Positions 42,038-52,238 of a DNA stretch of 64,000 nucleotides are shown in pieces. Origin of the DNA: a virus (Duplodnaviria; Caudoviricetes); IMG/VR virus record IMGVR_UViG_3300025924_000017, positions 64,001-128,000 of that record, one strand, 5' to 3'. A model generated the notes under the pieces. It saw nothing but the letters and a program-made list of their open reading frames with translations, did not search any database and was not told where the DNA came from. A program made the translations under genes and the position numbers. Numbering within the stretch: position 1 is the first letter of the stretch; every line of letters begins with the position of its first letter.

Positions 42038-42498
42038 CGCGCGCCGTAAGCCATCGCAGCGCTGAAATCCCGGTCGGCATATTCGGTGTGCGCGAATTGG
42101 GGCATGGCGTCGGTGCAATTTGCGATCTGCATCTTGATGTTGGTCGCGAAGTCGTAAGGACCGGTACCGTTCAGGATCACAGCGAGTCCGGCCTCAGTCG
42201 GGACGACAACGAAGTGATCCCAGCCGGTATAGCCACCCGCGCCGGTCTTGGCGTTCACCTCGCCGCAGAGATACCAGTAGGCGGGCAGTCCCCGCGCCGG
42301 ATCGGGATGCATGAAATAGGGGTGGACGTTCCGGAAGCGCGCGCTGGGATAGTCTCGAAGTTCCATCTGCCACGCGGCATGACTGCCGGTCGCAAGTCCG
42401 GCGCCCTGCCGTTGGGCAGCTTCGCGCAGATCGTCGGCACCGGCGGCACCCACCACCAGCACCGCAAAAGCGCACGTTACGGCCGTCAATCCACGCAT
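42034..42498 (-). CDS. Exported protein on opposite strand
   Basis: Signal peptide; SARFRNV...CGEVNAK...GGYTG motif. Confidence 0.65.
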   Translation of the reverse strand: MRGLTAVTCAFAVLVVGAAGADDLREAAQRQGAGLATGSHAAWQMELRDYPSARFRNVHPYFMHPDPARGLPAYWYLCGEVNAKTGAGGYTGWDHFVVVPTEAGLAVILNGTGPYDFATNIKMQIANCTDAMPQFAHTEYADRDFSAAMAYGAR

Positions 42499-42643
42499 TT
42501 CTCGCTCACACATAGTTGCGCCCGAGCCCTAGCACAACCGTCGAAAATGTCAACTGACGCGTGACGAAACTGGGGGTTTTGGTTACCAGACCGTAAAATC
42601 CCCGGGCTCTTGACAGCCTTGCAAAATGTCGTATAGAACGGCA

Positions 42644-42695
42644 GACTGCCGCAATTCTTGACATTTTCTTCCGGCTGCTATAGCTTCTCAAGCAT
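42644..42695 (+). promoter_or_regulatory. Promoter of tail operon (putative)
   Basis: GACTGCCGCAATTCTTGACA, identical to 61649-61668; GCTATAGC downstream. Confidence 0.6.
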
Positions 42696-42765
42696 CGCGC
42701 CGGACCGAGGGTCGGCACTCGCGCGCCTCCCCAAATCCAGAGAATTTCAAGGAACGCAAGCCGTC

Positions 42766-44613
42766 ATGGTCGTTTTGTTTGCCGACTCCAATCGCGCGCG
42801 GATTCGTTACATCAAGGAATCCGACAGCAATTGGGGCTCGACGCCCAATTCCGGCGTTACGCGCGAGCTTCGGTACACCGGCTCGACGCTCAACGTCCAA
42901 AAAGATACCACCACCTCGCAGGAAATCCGCTCGGACCGCATGGTCTCGGACATCGTCGAGACCGCAATGCGGTCCTCGGGCGATCTCAGCGTGGAGTTCT
43001 CCGCCGGTTCGCATGACGACTTCATGGAAGGCTTCATGTACGGCGCGTGGACGCGCCCGATGGGCTTTGACTTCGTCAAGGGCCTGACCGTTTCGTGGGG
43101 TGCGACAAACAAGCTGTATCTGTCCGGCGCCGACTGGACCACCTACTTCACCGTGGGTCACCGCGTGAAGACCTCCGGGTTCGTCAACCCGGCGAACAAC
43201 TCTTATTTCGAGATCAGCGCGCTGACCTTCAACTCCGGCGCCAACCGGACCGAAATCACGATGACGGCCTCAACCGCCGTGATTGAATCCGGCACCGCCT
43301 ACACGCAGGTCATCGACGCGAACGACGTGTTCGTCTTGAACAACACGCACGTTCGTTCCGGCACCGCAGGCGCCTCGACGTTCGACTCGAACAGCAACAA
43401 CGCGTTCGCGTCGGCCATCGCCGCCGGTCAGCTTAAGGTCGGCCAGAAAATCTTCGTCGAAGGTCTTGGCTACGAGCGCGGCTCCGTTGCGTTCGCTGAC
43501 TACGGCACCGAGACGATTGCTGCGGGCGCGACCGTCACCGTCACCGATGGCACCAACTCCGCAACCTTCCAGTTCGGCGGTTCGCTGATCCCCGGCAATA
43601 TCGCCGTCAGCATCGGCGCGGCCAACACCGACGCGGCGACCAACCTCGCAGCAGCGATCAACGCGCTTCGCCCGAGCGGCAAGCTCAACGTCGCAGCGAC
43701 CGTCGCCACGGCAACGGTCAACCTGAAGAACGTCAATCAGGTCGGCGGTTCGATCTCCAAGGCTGGCGACACCAACGCGAACATGACGGTCACGAACTAC
43801 AGCGGTGGCCTCACCAGCGTTCGTGGCGTGTTCACCGTGACCTCCGCAACGGACGACGTCATTGGCGTCAGCCCGGCTCCGGCAACGCTCAACAACTCGA
43901 CCGTCGCGGTCTCGATCAAGGGCTCGATGCTGCGCAATCCGTCGCAAGCAAGCGACATCGTTCCGCACTCCTTCTCGTTCGAAGAAGAGTTCGAGGACGT
44001 GGGTCTCTTCCGCATCGCGGACGGCCAGCGCATCTCGACGATGGCGTACAGCATCTCCTCCGGCAACATCCTGACCGGCTCGTTCGGCCTGATGGGTCGC
44101 GAGATCAAGAAGCTGCTCGCAACGAAGCTGGGCGACACCGGTTCCTACACCGTGCTCGACACCACGGCGACCGTCGTCACCAACGCGACCGTCAACGTCG
44201 GTACGATCTCGATGAACGGCACCGCGCTTTCGACGGCCCTCAAGACCATCACGGTCAACGGCAACAACAACCTGCGCGAACAGCAGGCGGTCGGCAACAA
44301 GTTCCCGGTCGGTATCGGCGCAGGCCGCATCGAGTTCACCGGCAGCGTCGAGGCGTACTTCGCCAACGACGATATGTGGGATCAGTTCATCAACCACCTC
44401 ACCGTTTCGCTCGGCTGGTCGGTTGAGGACACGGACGGCAACCACTACGAGTTCACGGTTCCGGCGTGCGTGTTCACCACCGACACCGAGAACCCGGCGG
44501 GTGGCAACCAAGATATCATGGAGACCATGGACTGGTCTGCGAAGCGCGATCCGGTCACGGAATGCTCGTTCCAGATCGACCGTTTCTCCAGCGTTCAGCC
44601 CATCGCGGCTTAA
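42766..44613 (+). CDS. Major tail tube protein with inserted domains
   Basis: LRYTGSTL...SQEIRSDRMV...SSGDLSVEFS; GRIEFTGSVEAYF; AKRDPVT. Confidence 0.9.
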   Translation: MVVLFADSNRARIRYIKESDSNWGSTPNSGVTRELRYTGSTLNVQKDTTTSQEIRSDRMVSDIVETAMRSSGDLSVEFSAGSHDDFMEGFMYGAWTRPMGFDFVKGLTVSWGATNKLYLSGADWTTYFTVGHRVKTSGFVNPANNSYFEISALTFNSGANRTEITMTASTAVIESGTAYTQVIDANDVFVLNNTHVRSGTAGASTFDSNSNNAFASAIAAGQLKVGQKIFVEGLGYERGSVAFADYGTETIAAGATVTVTDGTNSATFQFGGSLIPGNIAVSIGAANTDAATNLAAAINALRPSGKLNVAATVATATVNLKNVNQVGGSISKAGDTNANMTVTNYSGGLTSVRGVFTVTSATDDVIGVSPAPATLNNSTVAVSIKGSMLRNPSQASDIVPHSFSFEEEFEDVGLFRIADGQRISTMAYSISSGNILTGSFGLMGREIKKLLATKLGDTGSYTVLDTTATVVTNATVNVGTISMNGTALSTALKTITVNGNNNLREQQAVGNKFPVGIGAGRIEFTGSVEAYFANDDMWDQFINHLTVSLGWSVEDTDGNHYEFTVPACVFTTDTENPAGGNQDIMETMDWSAKRDPVTECSFQIDRFSSVQPIAA

Positions 44614-44620
44614 GGTCCTC

Positions 44621-44646
44621 TGTCACGAAACTGAAGTTTCGTGACA
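44621..44646. promoter_or_regulatory. 26-bp inverted repeat (operator-like or hairpin)
   Basis: TGTCACGAAAC-TGAA-GTTTCGTGACA. Confidence 0.55.
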
Positions 44647-45007
44647 TCGATCTCGCCGAGGGTGATGAGGCGAGGTCATTGATTGCGAGCCGCGTTCACC
44701 GCCTCTGCGCGGCTCGCCTCTAATCCCCGCCGCGATTACGGATCGCGGCACCCCTTTGCTTCTGGGCTTAGGGACTTTTCCCCCGCCATCGGTTTACCGA
44801 TGGCCCCCTCCGGCTTCCGTGCCGGAGGACCTGCTTACCCCCGACGTTCGGCGTAACCGAATGCTTCCGGAAGCAGAGAGTCGCGGGTCTTCGGGGTCTC
44901 GCGGCTCTCACCTCTCTCCCAAATTCAAAATTCGCGCGCCTCGTCACCTGCATTCCAGCGGGCGCCGGATCAATCCCGAACGGAATGCATAATCCCGAAA
45001 GAGTACA

Positions 45008-45451
45008 ATGAGCGAAAACAAGGCCCTCGACCTTTTCGATACCTTCAACAGCAACAAGGAAGCCGAAGAAAACGGCGTGTGGCTCGGTCTGCACCCGGTC
45101 ACCGACTTCAAGGTCCGCGCGTACGGCGCCAAAGCCGTCGTCGATCTGCGTAACCGGCTGACGAAGCCGTTTGCGATGATGATCCGCAACGGCATCGAAA
45201 TCCCCGAAGAGAAGAACGAGGAAATCGGCCTGAAGGTCATGGCGGAAGCCGTGATTGCGGACTGGAAGGGCGTCAAGGACTGGCGCGTCGAAGTCAAAGA
45301 GGGTGAGGAAGCTCCCGATCTTCCGTATTCCCCGGCTAACGCCTACGCGCTGTGTCAGCATCTTCCCCGTCTCGCCAATCAGTTGGCAGCGGCGTCGATG
45401 GACGCGTCGAACTACAAGGACGCCAAGCGCGAGGACGACGCAAAAAACTAA
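45008..45451 (+). CDS. Tail assembly chaperone (gpG-like)
   Basis: Between tube and tape measure; EAVIADWKGV...PYSPANA motif. Confidence 0.85.
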   Translation: MSENKALDLFDTFNSNKEAEENGVWLGLHPVTDFKVRAYGAKAVVDLRNRLTKPFAMMIRNGIEIPEEKNEEIGLKVMAEAVIADWKGVKDWRVEVKEGEEAPDLPYSPANAYALCQHLPRLANQLAAASMDASNYKDAKREDDAKN

Positions 45452-45846
45452 CAGAGGCGCTGGAATACACGCTCCGAAATCCAAAGGACAAGGACGCGGC
45501 GTGGAAGGCTGAAATCCGAAAGCTCCAAGGGTTGCCAGAGGCACCCAAGGAGCTTCGGAAGGAAGTCCAACCCTATCCCGATCTTCTCTGGGCGTGGTCC
45601 GGCTTCTGGCGTCTCTCCAACTCCCGACCAGTGGGTTTCAACGGTGTCCTCCGTATCCCGCTGAGCGAGATCGAAGCGTATTCCCGACTGCAACGCTTCG
45701 ATCCCGAACAAGCGCAGGACTTCCTCGTGTTCGTCGAACGCATGGACAACAAGTTCATGGAGTACGTCGAGAAGCAGCGCGAGATCGAAGAACTCAAATC
45801 CCAGAATAAGTCGAAAGAAAAAGGACGCTCGCGCAGGCGGCGTTAG
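45442..45846 (+). CDS. -1 frameshift extension of tail chaperone (gpGT-like)
   Basis: Slippery A AAA AAC at 45442-45448 before TAA; -1 frame open to 45846 (WSGFWRLSNSRP.GF...IPLSEIEAY). Confidence 0.8.
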   Translation, partial: KKLTEALEYTLRNPKDKDAAWKAEIRKLQGLPEAPKELRKEVQPYPDLLWAWSGFWRLSNSRPVGFNGVLRIPLSEIEAYSRLQRFDPEQAQDFLVFVERMDNKFMEYVEKQREIEELKSQNKSKEKGRSRRRR

Positions 45847-45851
45847 GTTGG

Positions 45852-48800
45852 GTGGATCAGAATCTTTCAGTCAAGTTTGACTCTTCGCAGTCGCGCGCCG
45901 ATCTCGACGCGCTCTCGAAGTCGCTTGACAAGACTTCGACCGCCGCCGACCGCTTCGACAAGTCTGTCTCCAAGGCGACCACCAATGTCAACGCCAGCCT
46001 CACAAAGGCTGCGCAATCCATGGAGAAGTATGCGCAGGTCGCCGCGCTGCTCTCCAAGATCAAGACCGTTGGAAATCCGGCGGGACAGATCATCGAACTC
46101 GGCAAGGCGCTCGATGCGCTCGGCCGCGCGCGCGCGATGCCTGCGACGAAGGTCCAGTCGATCCGCGATCTGACACGCGCCCTCAACACCCTCGGTAGTT
46201 TGCGCGCTCCCAGCGTCGCCACCATCGACCGCTTCGAGCGTCTGCTTGGCGTGCTTTCCAGCGCCAAAGAGATGCCGGGTGCCGCGCGCATTGCTGCACA
46301 ACTTGACACGATCACCGCCTCGGCGACACGCGCCGCACACGCGCTCGCGGCAATGCCCGGCGGCGGTCGCAACCTTTTCTCCGCTGGCGGCGGACCCCGG
46401 GGCGGTGGTGGCCCCGGGGCTGGTTCCATTACGCGCATCGCGTCCGAAACTGAGAACGCCGCGCGGCGCTCGAAGGCAAGCTTCTCCATCATGGGCAGCG
46501 GCCTCGACAACCTGACGGGCCGGTTCCGCCTGAACTATCAGGCATACACCCTGTTCTCGACGATGTTCGCGTCGTTCACGATGGGCCAGTTCGTTCGCTC
46601 GCTCTACGACGCGAACATCCAACTCCTTAAGCTCCAGAAGGCACTCCTTTTCGCGACCGGTACGTTCTCCGGCGCCGAAGAAGCCACAAGTGCGTTCATC
46701 GGCATCTCTCAGAAGCTCGGCCTGTCGATCAAAGACAACATCGACACGTACGGCCGCTTCGTGATCTCGGCGACCGCATCCGGTCTGAAGATCAAGCAGA
46801 CCAACGACATCTATGAAGACCTCGCCACCGCGCTGACCGTCGTTGGTTCCAGCGCGCAGCAGCAGCAGCTTGCCTTCTACGGCCTGACCGAGATGATGCA
46901 GAAGGGCGTCGTCTACTCCAAGGAATTCAACCGCCAGATCGGCGCGCAGCTTCCCGGTAACGCCATCATCGGCGCGCAGGCGCTCAGCCGCCTCGAAGGT
47001 CACTTCGTGTCGGTGTCCGAGTTCTTCAAGCAGATGCACTCGGGCACGTTGCTTTCCGCCCAGTTCATCCCGGAATGGGCGAAGGCCGTGCGCGAAATGT
47101 ACGGCCCGTTGCTGGCGCTCGCTCAACAGCGTCCTGACGTGGCGATCCAGCGCCTCAAGAATTCGTTCTTCATCTTCGCGCGCGAAGTCGGCGGCGGCAA
47201 GTTCATGTCGTCCATCGGTAGCGAGATGAAGAAGCTGACCGACATGATCATCACAGGTGACGGCGCCAACGCCCACCTGACCAAGAGCTTCCAGCACTTG
47301 GCCGACACTCTCGGCCAAGGCCTCGGCACAGCGATCCACGGCCTCGGCATGGGTCTCGAATTCATCATCAAGAACTTCGACACGCTCTTCATGGTGATGA
47401 AGGGCTTCTTCGCGTTCAAGCTCGCCGAGTATTTCGTCTCGATCTCGAACAATGTGACGAAGGCAGCGGGGAGCATGTTCAAATTCTCGTCGGCCGCCCA
47501 GACCGCCGCAGCTTCGGAAGCTGCCGTGGCTTCGGAAGCGCGCGCCGTCGCGACTCAGACCGCTGTGGCATCGGTGGCGTCTCCGGCGGCGAATGAAGCC
47601 GCAGCGCTCAATGTTCTGAGCTTCGGCCGTCGTGCTCCGGCTTCGACGTTCCAGCAGGCTCGTCCGAACGCGCCGCGTGCGTTCGGCCTCAATTCCGTGA
47701 ACGACCTTCCGCTCTTCAACTGGGCGAACCAACAGGAAGCCGCCGCTGCGCGCCGCCGGACGTTTACGTCCTCTGGATCGAGCGTTTCGGGCGTGGCACT
47801 CCGTCAGCAACTCTTCCCTGCGGCTGCGGAGGCCGCCGGTCCCAGCCTCATTGGCCGTGTGGGCTCGGGCGCGCTCGCGGGCGTCTCGACCGTTCTGAGC
47901 AACCTTGGGCCTATTGCCATCACCGCCGCTACGGCGCTTGCGCTGGTCAGCGATAAGCTGGCGGGCATCGCGACCAACAAGGGCAATCAGGTGACGTATG
48001 GCGATGTCGCCAGCGGCGCGCTTAAGAGCGTCGGGGATTCCGTGGAAGGCTTGCTTGCGAGCCTCGGAAACACGTTCGGCATGTTCGGCGCGAACTCCCT
48101 CACGCTGGGCAAGACGATCCTTGGCCTCGCGGCTGTCATCAAAGCGACGTTCAGTCTGATCTTCGATCTCGCGCACGCTATCGGCACTGTCCTCGGAGTT
48201 GCCATCGGCGGCTTTATCGCGGAAGTGATTTCGTGGGGCAAGATCATCAACGATGTCATCCACGGCAACATCACCGGCGCAATGAAGGACTACGCCGCCG
48301 GTAAGCAGCAGCAGCACGGCCTTACGGGAGCACTGGTCAACGGCGTCAATAACGACATTGGCCGCATCTTCACCAGCGACAGCATCCCGGCGATCTACCG
48401 TCAGATGTTGGCGAACACGCAAGGCTTTGCCGACGAGCACGGCGGCAAGCATGTCGATGCGGCGTCGCAGAAGCAAATCGAAGCGGCTGTTCAGCAGCAG
48501 GCCGCAGCGCAGGCGAACATGCGCGCCGCTACGCTCATGGAAGATGCCATGGCGCAGTTCAACAAGGACTCCCAGAAGCTCGACTACGGCGATCTGCGCA
48601 AGCAAATCGTCTCACTGATCGACGGTACATACGCGCGCCAGACGTTGCCGCGTGGTTCGGTCGGCGGACCTCTGGGACCGCCCCCGGCTCTCCGTGGTGT
48701 CGTGGATAGTGGCGCGCCCGTCAGCTTCGCTCCGAGCGGCGCAGGCTCCGACAATTCCAACGTGATGGTTGGTACCGGCCGTGCGCTCTACATGACCGCT

Positions 48801-51428
48801 TACGGTCACCTCGGCGAAAACGAGTCCAGCGACAAGAACACACTCGAAGGTTTGTTCAAGGTCGGCGGCATCCACATCGATCCGCAGAAGGTCGCGTGGT
48901 GTGCGGCGTTCGTGAACGCGGTTCTCGCTTCAAACGGTGTCGCCACGACCGGCAAGCTCAACGCGTCGTCGTTCCAGAATTATGGTGAAGCCGTCAAGTC
49001 GCCGCATCAGGGTGACATTGTTGTCCTAAAGCCGCAGGTGGCGGGCGACACCGGTCACGTCGGCTTCTTCTCCGGCTTCAATGGCGACGGCTCCGTCAAC
49101 GTTCTTGGCGGTAATCAGAACGACAGCGTCTCGATCAAGAACTTCGCAGCCAATCAGGTTGTGGGTTATCGCCGACCGAACCAGATCGGCGTCGCAGGCT
49201 CGCAAGCGGCTTTGATGAATGCGCAAGGATCGCTCAGCGACCAAAGTCAGGATGAGACGGCGCCCGGCGGCATCGGTGCGCAGCCTACCGAGTCTGACGC
49301 CGACAAGATCGCGCGCATGCGCCTCATGGAATACAAGCAGATCGAGTCGTTCGCAGCAGGTGCGAGCCCGGCTGCGGGTGCGCTGGCGCAGGATCAAGAA
49401 CGCCTCTCGAACATCGCCAAAATCATTCAGGCCGAGCAGGACAACATCAAGAAGTTCGGTGGCGAGTACAAGACCGTGTTTGCCGGTACGCTGGGCGACC
49501 TTGATGCCGCCGAAGTGAAGTATCAGCGCGACCTTAAGGATGCCGTCGATCCTATCGGCAAGGTGAACCGTCTGGCGTCTCAGGCGAACGACATCACCGC
49601 GCTCCGCGTGAAGGGTCTGACTGACGAAGCGGATTGGCAGGAAAAGCTCAACGCTCTCATTGAGGAGGGCTACGACCGTCGCAAGGTCGATACCGCCGCC
49701 GCAAAGGCACAGTTCTTGGCGGAGAAAGATCGCACCGACACGTTGAAGGCGCAGATCGAACTCCAGAAGACCTTGAATGATGCGGAAGCTGCACGTTCTG
49801 CGCGCACTTCCAACAACGCGGTCGCCAACCTCGTCAATGCACAAATTCTTGCACACGCCCAGCCCGGTGAGACGCTGGCGCAGGCACGGGAGGCTCAGGC
49901 CAACCAGATTCCGTACTACACGCGGGGTGCACAGGCACAGTTCAATGAAAATCGCTCAGCCTCTATCCAAGGTCTGGGTGAGGAACTGGATGTTCTCGGT
50001 CAGGGCCAAGGTCTGAACCCGACGCAACGTGCCTATCAGGACAGCTACATCAAGGCCCTGCAAGGCATGACAGGCCTCAGCACGTCGTCACTGGCGCGCT
50101 TGAGCACCGCCGCGTCAGACGCCGACAAGAAAATCGCTGCGAGCTACGCGCAATTGAAGCAGGAGCTTGAGAACCCGCCGGGCTTCCAGCGCTGGGTTGA
50201 CAGCCTTGAGCCGATCTCCAAGCGCATGGAAGACATCAAGGCGAACTTTGCCGAGGGTCTTTCGAGCACGCTGACCGACATCGCGGTTGGCGATGCGAAG
50301 CCCGGCGCTGCGTTCAAGCAGCTTTTCGACGACATCCGCAAGCAGGTCGTCAAGGCGCAGATGGATAACGTGCTGGGTAGCCTGTTCAAGGGCCTCGGCC
50401 TCGCACAATCGCCGGAGCAGACGCAGGCGCAAGCGGCGACGACCTTCTCGTCCGCATCTGACACGTTCCAGACCTCGGTCTCGGTGTTCGCACAGAGCGT
50501 TGGCGCGCTCGGCGGCGCGGCAGGTGTTCCGACAGGAGCGCTCGCGGGCGCGACGTCGGGTATCGAACCCGTGAACGTGACACCGCAGACGATCCTCGGC
50601 TCTGGCCTTGGCTCCGGTACCAGCGACTCCGGGCTGGAGTCCGTGAACGTCACGCCGAACATCTTCGGTCAGTATTCGAACGGGCTCACAACGCCGCCGG
50701 TCGCGACGAACGACAACAACCAAGGCTTCTTCGGTAGCATCGGCTCGATGTTGGGTCTTTCGGGCAGCGGCAACCAGACCGGCGGTATCGGCAACTGGCT
50801 GCTGGGCGGCCTCGGTATCGCCGGTGGCCTTCTCGACAAGCTGTTTAGTCCGGCGGCGAAGCCGACGTACCACAATCCGAACGGCATCATCGGCACGATG
50901 TCCACGAACACGGTCAACGCCGTGCATCAGGATGGGCAGGCCAATATCCTCGGCTCGATCCTGAATCTGTTCGCACAATCGGCGATTGGCAAGAGCGGGC
51001 AGAGCGGCGGCTTCCTCAACAACCTGTTGAGCGGGACCGGCGGCGGCGCAGGCTCGACTTCATCCTCGATCCTGAGCTTCCTCTCAGGCATCTTCAAAGA
51101 GGGCGGTTATTCGACCCAGCCGGTCATGAGCCAAATGGTGAGCGCCCGCACGTTCCGCGACGCGCCGCACTTCTCCGAAGGCGGCATCACGAGCGGTATC
51201 CCGATCATCGCGCACCCGAACGAAGCCGTGATCCCGCTCAGCCGTGGCCGCAAGATTCCGGTCGAGATGAACGACAACATGGCGCCGTCCTTCAACGTGT
51301 CCTCGAACATCACCGTCATCGCCCCCGACCCCGATGCGTTCCGCAAGTCGCGCAACTCCATCCAGCGTCAGCAGAACCGCGACATGAAGCGGGCTGCGAC
51401 CCGGAACCTGATCACTTCGACCCGGTAA
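45852..51428 (+). CDS. Tape measure protein with internal NlpC/P60-like (TIGR02594-type) domain
   Basis: 1858 aa Ala-rich; KGVVYSKEFNRQIG tape-measure motif; AWCAAFVN...GDIVV...GHVGF...LGGNQ; EAVIPL C-terminus. Confidence 0.95.
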   Translation: MDQNLSVKFDSSQSRADLDALSKSLDKTSTAADRFDKSVSKATTNVNASLTKAAQSMEKYAQVAALLSKIKTVGNPAGQIIELGKALDALGRARAMPATKVQSIRDLTRALNTLGSLRAPSVATIDRFERLLGVLSSAKEMPGAARIAAQLDTITASATRAAHALAAMPGGGRNLFSAGGGPRGGGGPGAGSITRIASETENAARRSKASFSIMGSGLDNLTGRFRLNYQAYTLFSTMFASFTMGQFVRSLYDANIQLLKLQKALLFATGTFSGAEEATSAFIGISQKLGLSIKDNIDTYGRFVISATASGLKIKQTNDIYEDLATALTVVGSSAQQQQLAFYGLTEMMQKGVVYSKEFNRQIGAQLPGNAIIGAQALSRLEGHFVSVSEFFKQMHSGTLLSAQFIPEWAKAVREMYGPLLALAQQRPDVAIQRLKNSFFIFAREVGGGKFMSSIGSEMKKLTDMIITGDGANAHLTKSFQHLADTLGQGLGTAIHGLGMGLEFIIKNFDTLFMVMKGFFAFKLAEYFVSISNNVTKAAGSMFKFSSAAQTAAASEAAVASEARAVATQTAVASVASPAANEAAALNVLSFGRRAPASTFQQARPNAPRAFGLNSVNDLPLFNWANQQEAAAARRRTFTSSGSSVSGVALRQQLFPAAAEAAGPSLIGRVGSGALAGVSTVLSNLGPIAITAATALALVSDKLAGIATNKGNQVTYGDVASGALKSVGDSVEGLLASLGNTFGMFGANSLTLGKTILGLAAVIKATFSLIFDLAHAIGTVLGVAIGGFIAEVISWGKIINDVIHGNITGAMKDYAAGKQQQHGLTGALVNGVNNDIGRIFTSDSIPAIYRQMLANTQGFADEHGGKHVDAASQKQIEAAVQQQAAAQANMRAATLMEDAMAQFNKDSQKLDYGDLRKQIVSLIDGTYARQTLPRGSVGGPLGPPPALRGVVDSGAPVSFAPSGAGSDNSNVMVGTGRALYMTAYGHLGENESSDKNTLEGLFKVGGIHIDPQKVAWCAAFVNAVLASNGVATTGKLNASSFQNYGEAVKSPHQGDIVVLKPQVAGDTGHVGFFSGFNGDGSVNVLGGNQNDSVSIKNFAANQVVGYRRPNQIGVAGSQAALMNAQGSLSDQSQDETAPGGIGAQPTESDADKIARMRLMEYKQIESFAAGASPAAGALAQDQERLSNIAKIIQAEQDNIKKFGGEYKTVFAGTLGDLDAAEVKYQRDLKDAVDPIGKVNRLASQANDITALRVKGLTDEADWQEKLNALIEEGYDRRKVDTAAAKAQFLAEKDRTDTLKAQIELQKTLNDAEAARSARTSNNAVANLVNAQILAHAQPGETLAQAREAQANQIPYYTRGAQAQFNENRSASIQGLGEELDVLGQGQGLNPTQRAYQDSYIKALQGMTGLSTSSLARLSTAASDADKKIAASYAQLKQELENPPGFQRWVDSLEPISKRMEDIKANFAEGLSSTLTDIAVGDAKPGAAFKQLFDDIRKQVVKAQMDNVLGSLFKGLGLAQSPEQTQAQAATTFSSASDTFQTSVSVFAQSVGALGGAAGVPTGALAGATSGIEPVNVTPQTILGSGLGSGTSDSGLESVNVTPNIFGQYSNGLTTPPVATNDNNQGFFGSIGSMLGLSGSGNQTGGIGNWLLGGLGIAGGLLDKLFSPAAKPTYHNPNGIIGTMSTNTVNAVHQDGQANILGSILNLFAQSAIGKSGQSGGFLNNLLSGTGGGAGSTSSSILSFLSGIFKEGGYSTQPVMSQMVSARTFRDAPHFSEGGITSGIPIIAHPNEAVIPLSRGRKIPVEMNDNMAPSFNVSSNITVIAPDPDAFRKSRNSIQRQQNRDMKRAATRNLITSTR

Positions 51429-51463
51429 GTCAAGAATTACGACCAAATGTCGTAATTCTTGAC
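51429..51463. promoter_or_regulatory. Perfect 15-bp inverted repeat
   Basis: GTCAAGAATTACGAC-CAAAT-GTCGTAATTCTTGAC. Confidence 0.6.
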
Positions 51464-51587
51464 GATCTCGGGAATTCGTGAGATCACGGCTGCACCTCGG
51501 CTTCCGTGCGGTTCTGGCGCGCTGAAATCCCCTCATTTCCGACCTCATCCGTGAAAACCGCTAACCCGGGCTGAAAAACGATTCCCT

Positions 51588-52238
51588 ATGGCTGCCTTCC
51601 ACGAAATCTTGTTCCCGGTGGACATCTCGTACAATTCGAGTGGTGGTCCCCGCTTCAAGACCACAATCTTCACCGCTGACTCCGGCTACGAACAGCGCAA
51701 TATCGACTGGGCCAACCAGAAGGCCGAGTACGACGTTAGCCACGGCATCAAGAATCAGGAGCAGATGGATGCGCTGACGGCGTTCTTCTACGCCCGGCGA
51801 GCGCGCGCGTACGGTTTTCGCTATCTGGACTACAACGATTTCAACATCACAAGCCAGCAGATTGCGGTCGGTGACGGCGCGACCCTGTCCTTCCAGATCA
51901 TCAAAACTTACGTCTCGACGCAGGCGGAGTCAGGGGAGACCTACACCTACGGCCGCAAGCTGACGAAGATCGCGTGGAACACCATCGCGGGAGTCACGGT
52001 CAACGGCGTCGTGAAGACGTCGCCTACGGATTACACCGTCAACTACAATACCGGAGTCATCACGTTCGTTGTGGCACCGCCCACCGGTCAGTCCATCGTG
52101 ATCGGCGCCGGTCAGTTTCACGTTCCGGTCCGCTTCGACACCGATCATCTCGACGTCGTTCAGGAGTTCTGGAACACGTCGTCGTGGAACAGCATTCCGC
52201 TTGTTGAGGTGCGCGACTGGGGTGAGGCGCTCACCTAA
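51588..52238 (+). CDS. Distal tail protein, GTA-like (DUF2460/TIGR02217)
   Basis: FHEILFP.DISY.SSGGP.F.T.I...SGYEQRN..W; F.VPVRFDTD.L. Confidence 0.9.
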   Translation: MAAFHEILFPVDISYNSSGGPRFKTTIFTADSGYEQRNIDWANQKAEYDVSHGIKNQEQMDALTAFFYARRARAYGFRYLDYNDFNITSQQIAVGDGATLSFQIIKTYVSTQAESGETYTYGRKLTKIAWNTIAGVTVNGVVKTSPTDYTVNYNTGVITFVVAPPTGQSIVIGAGQFHVPVRFDTDHLDVVQEFWNTSSWNSIPLVEVRDWGEALT

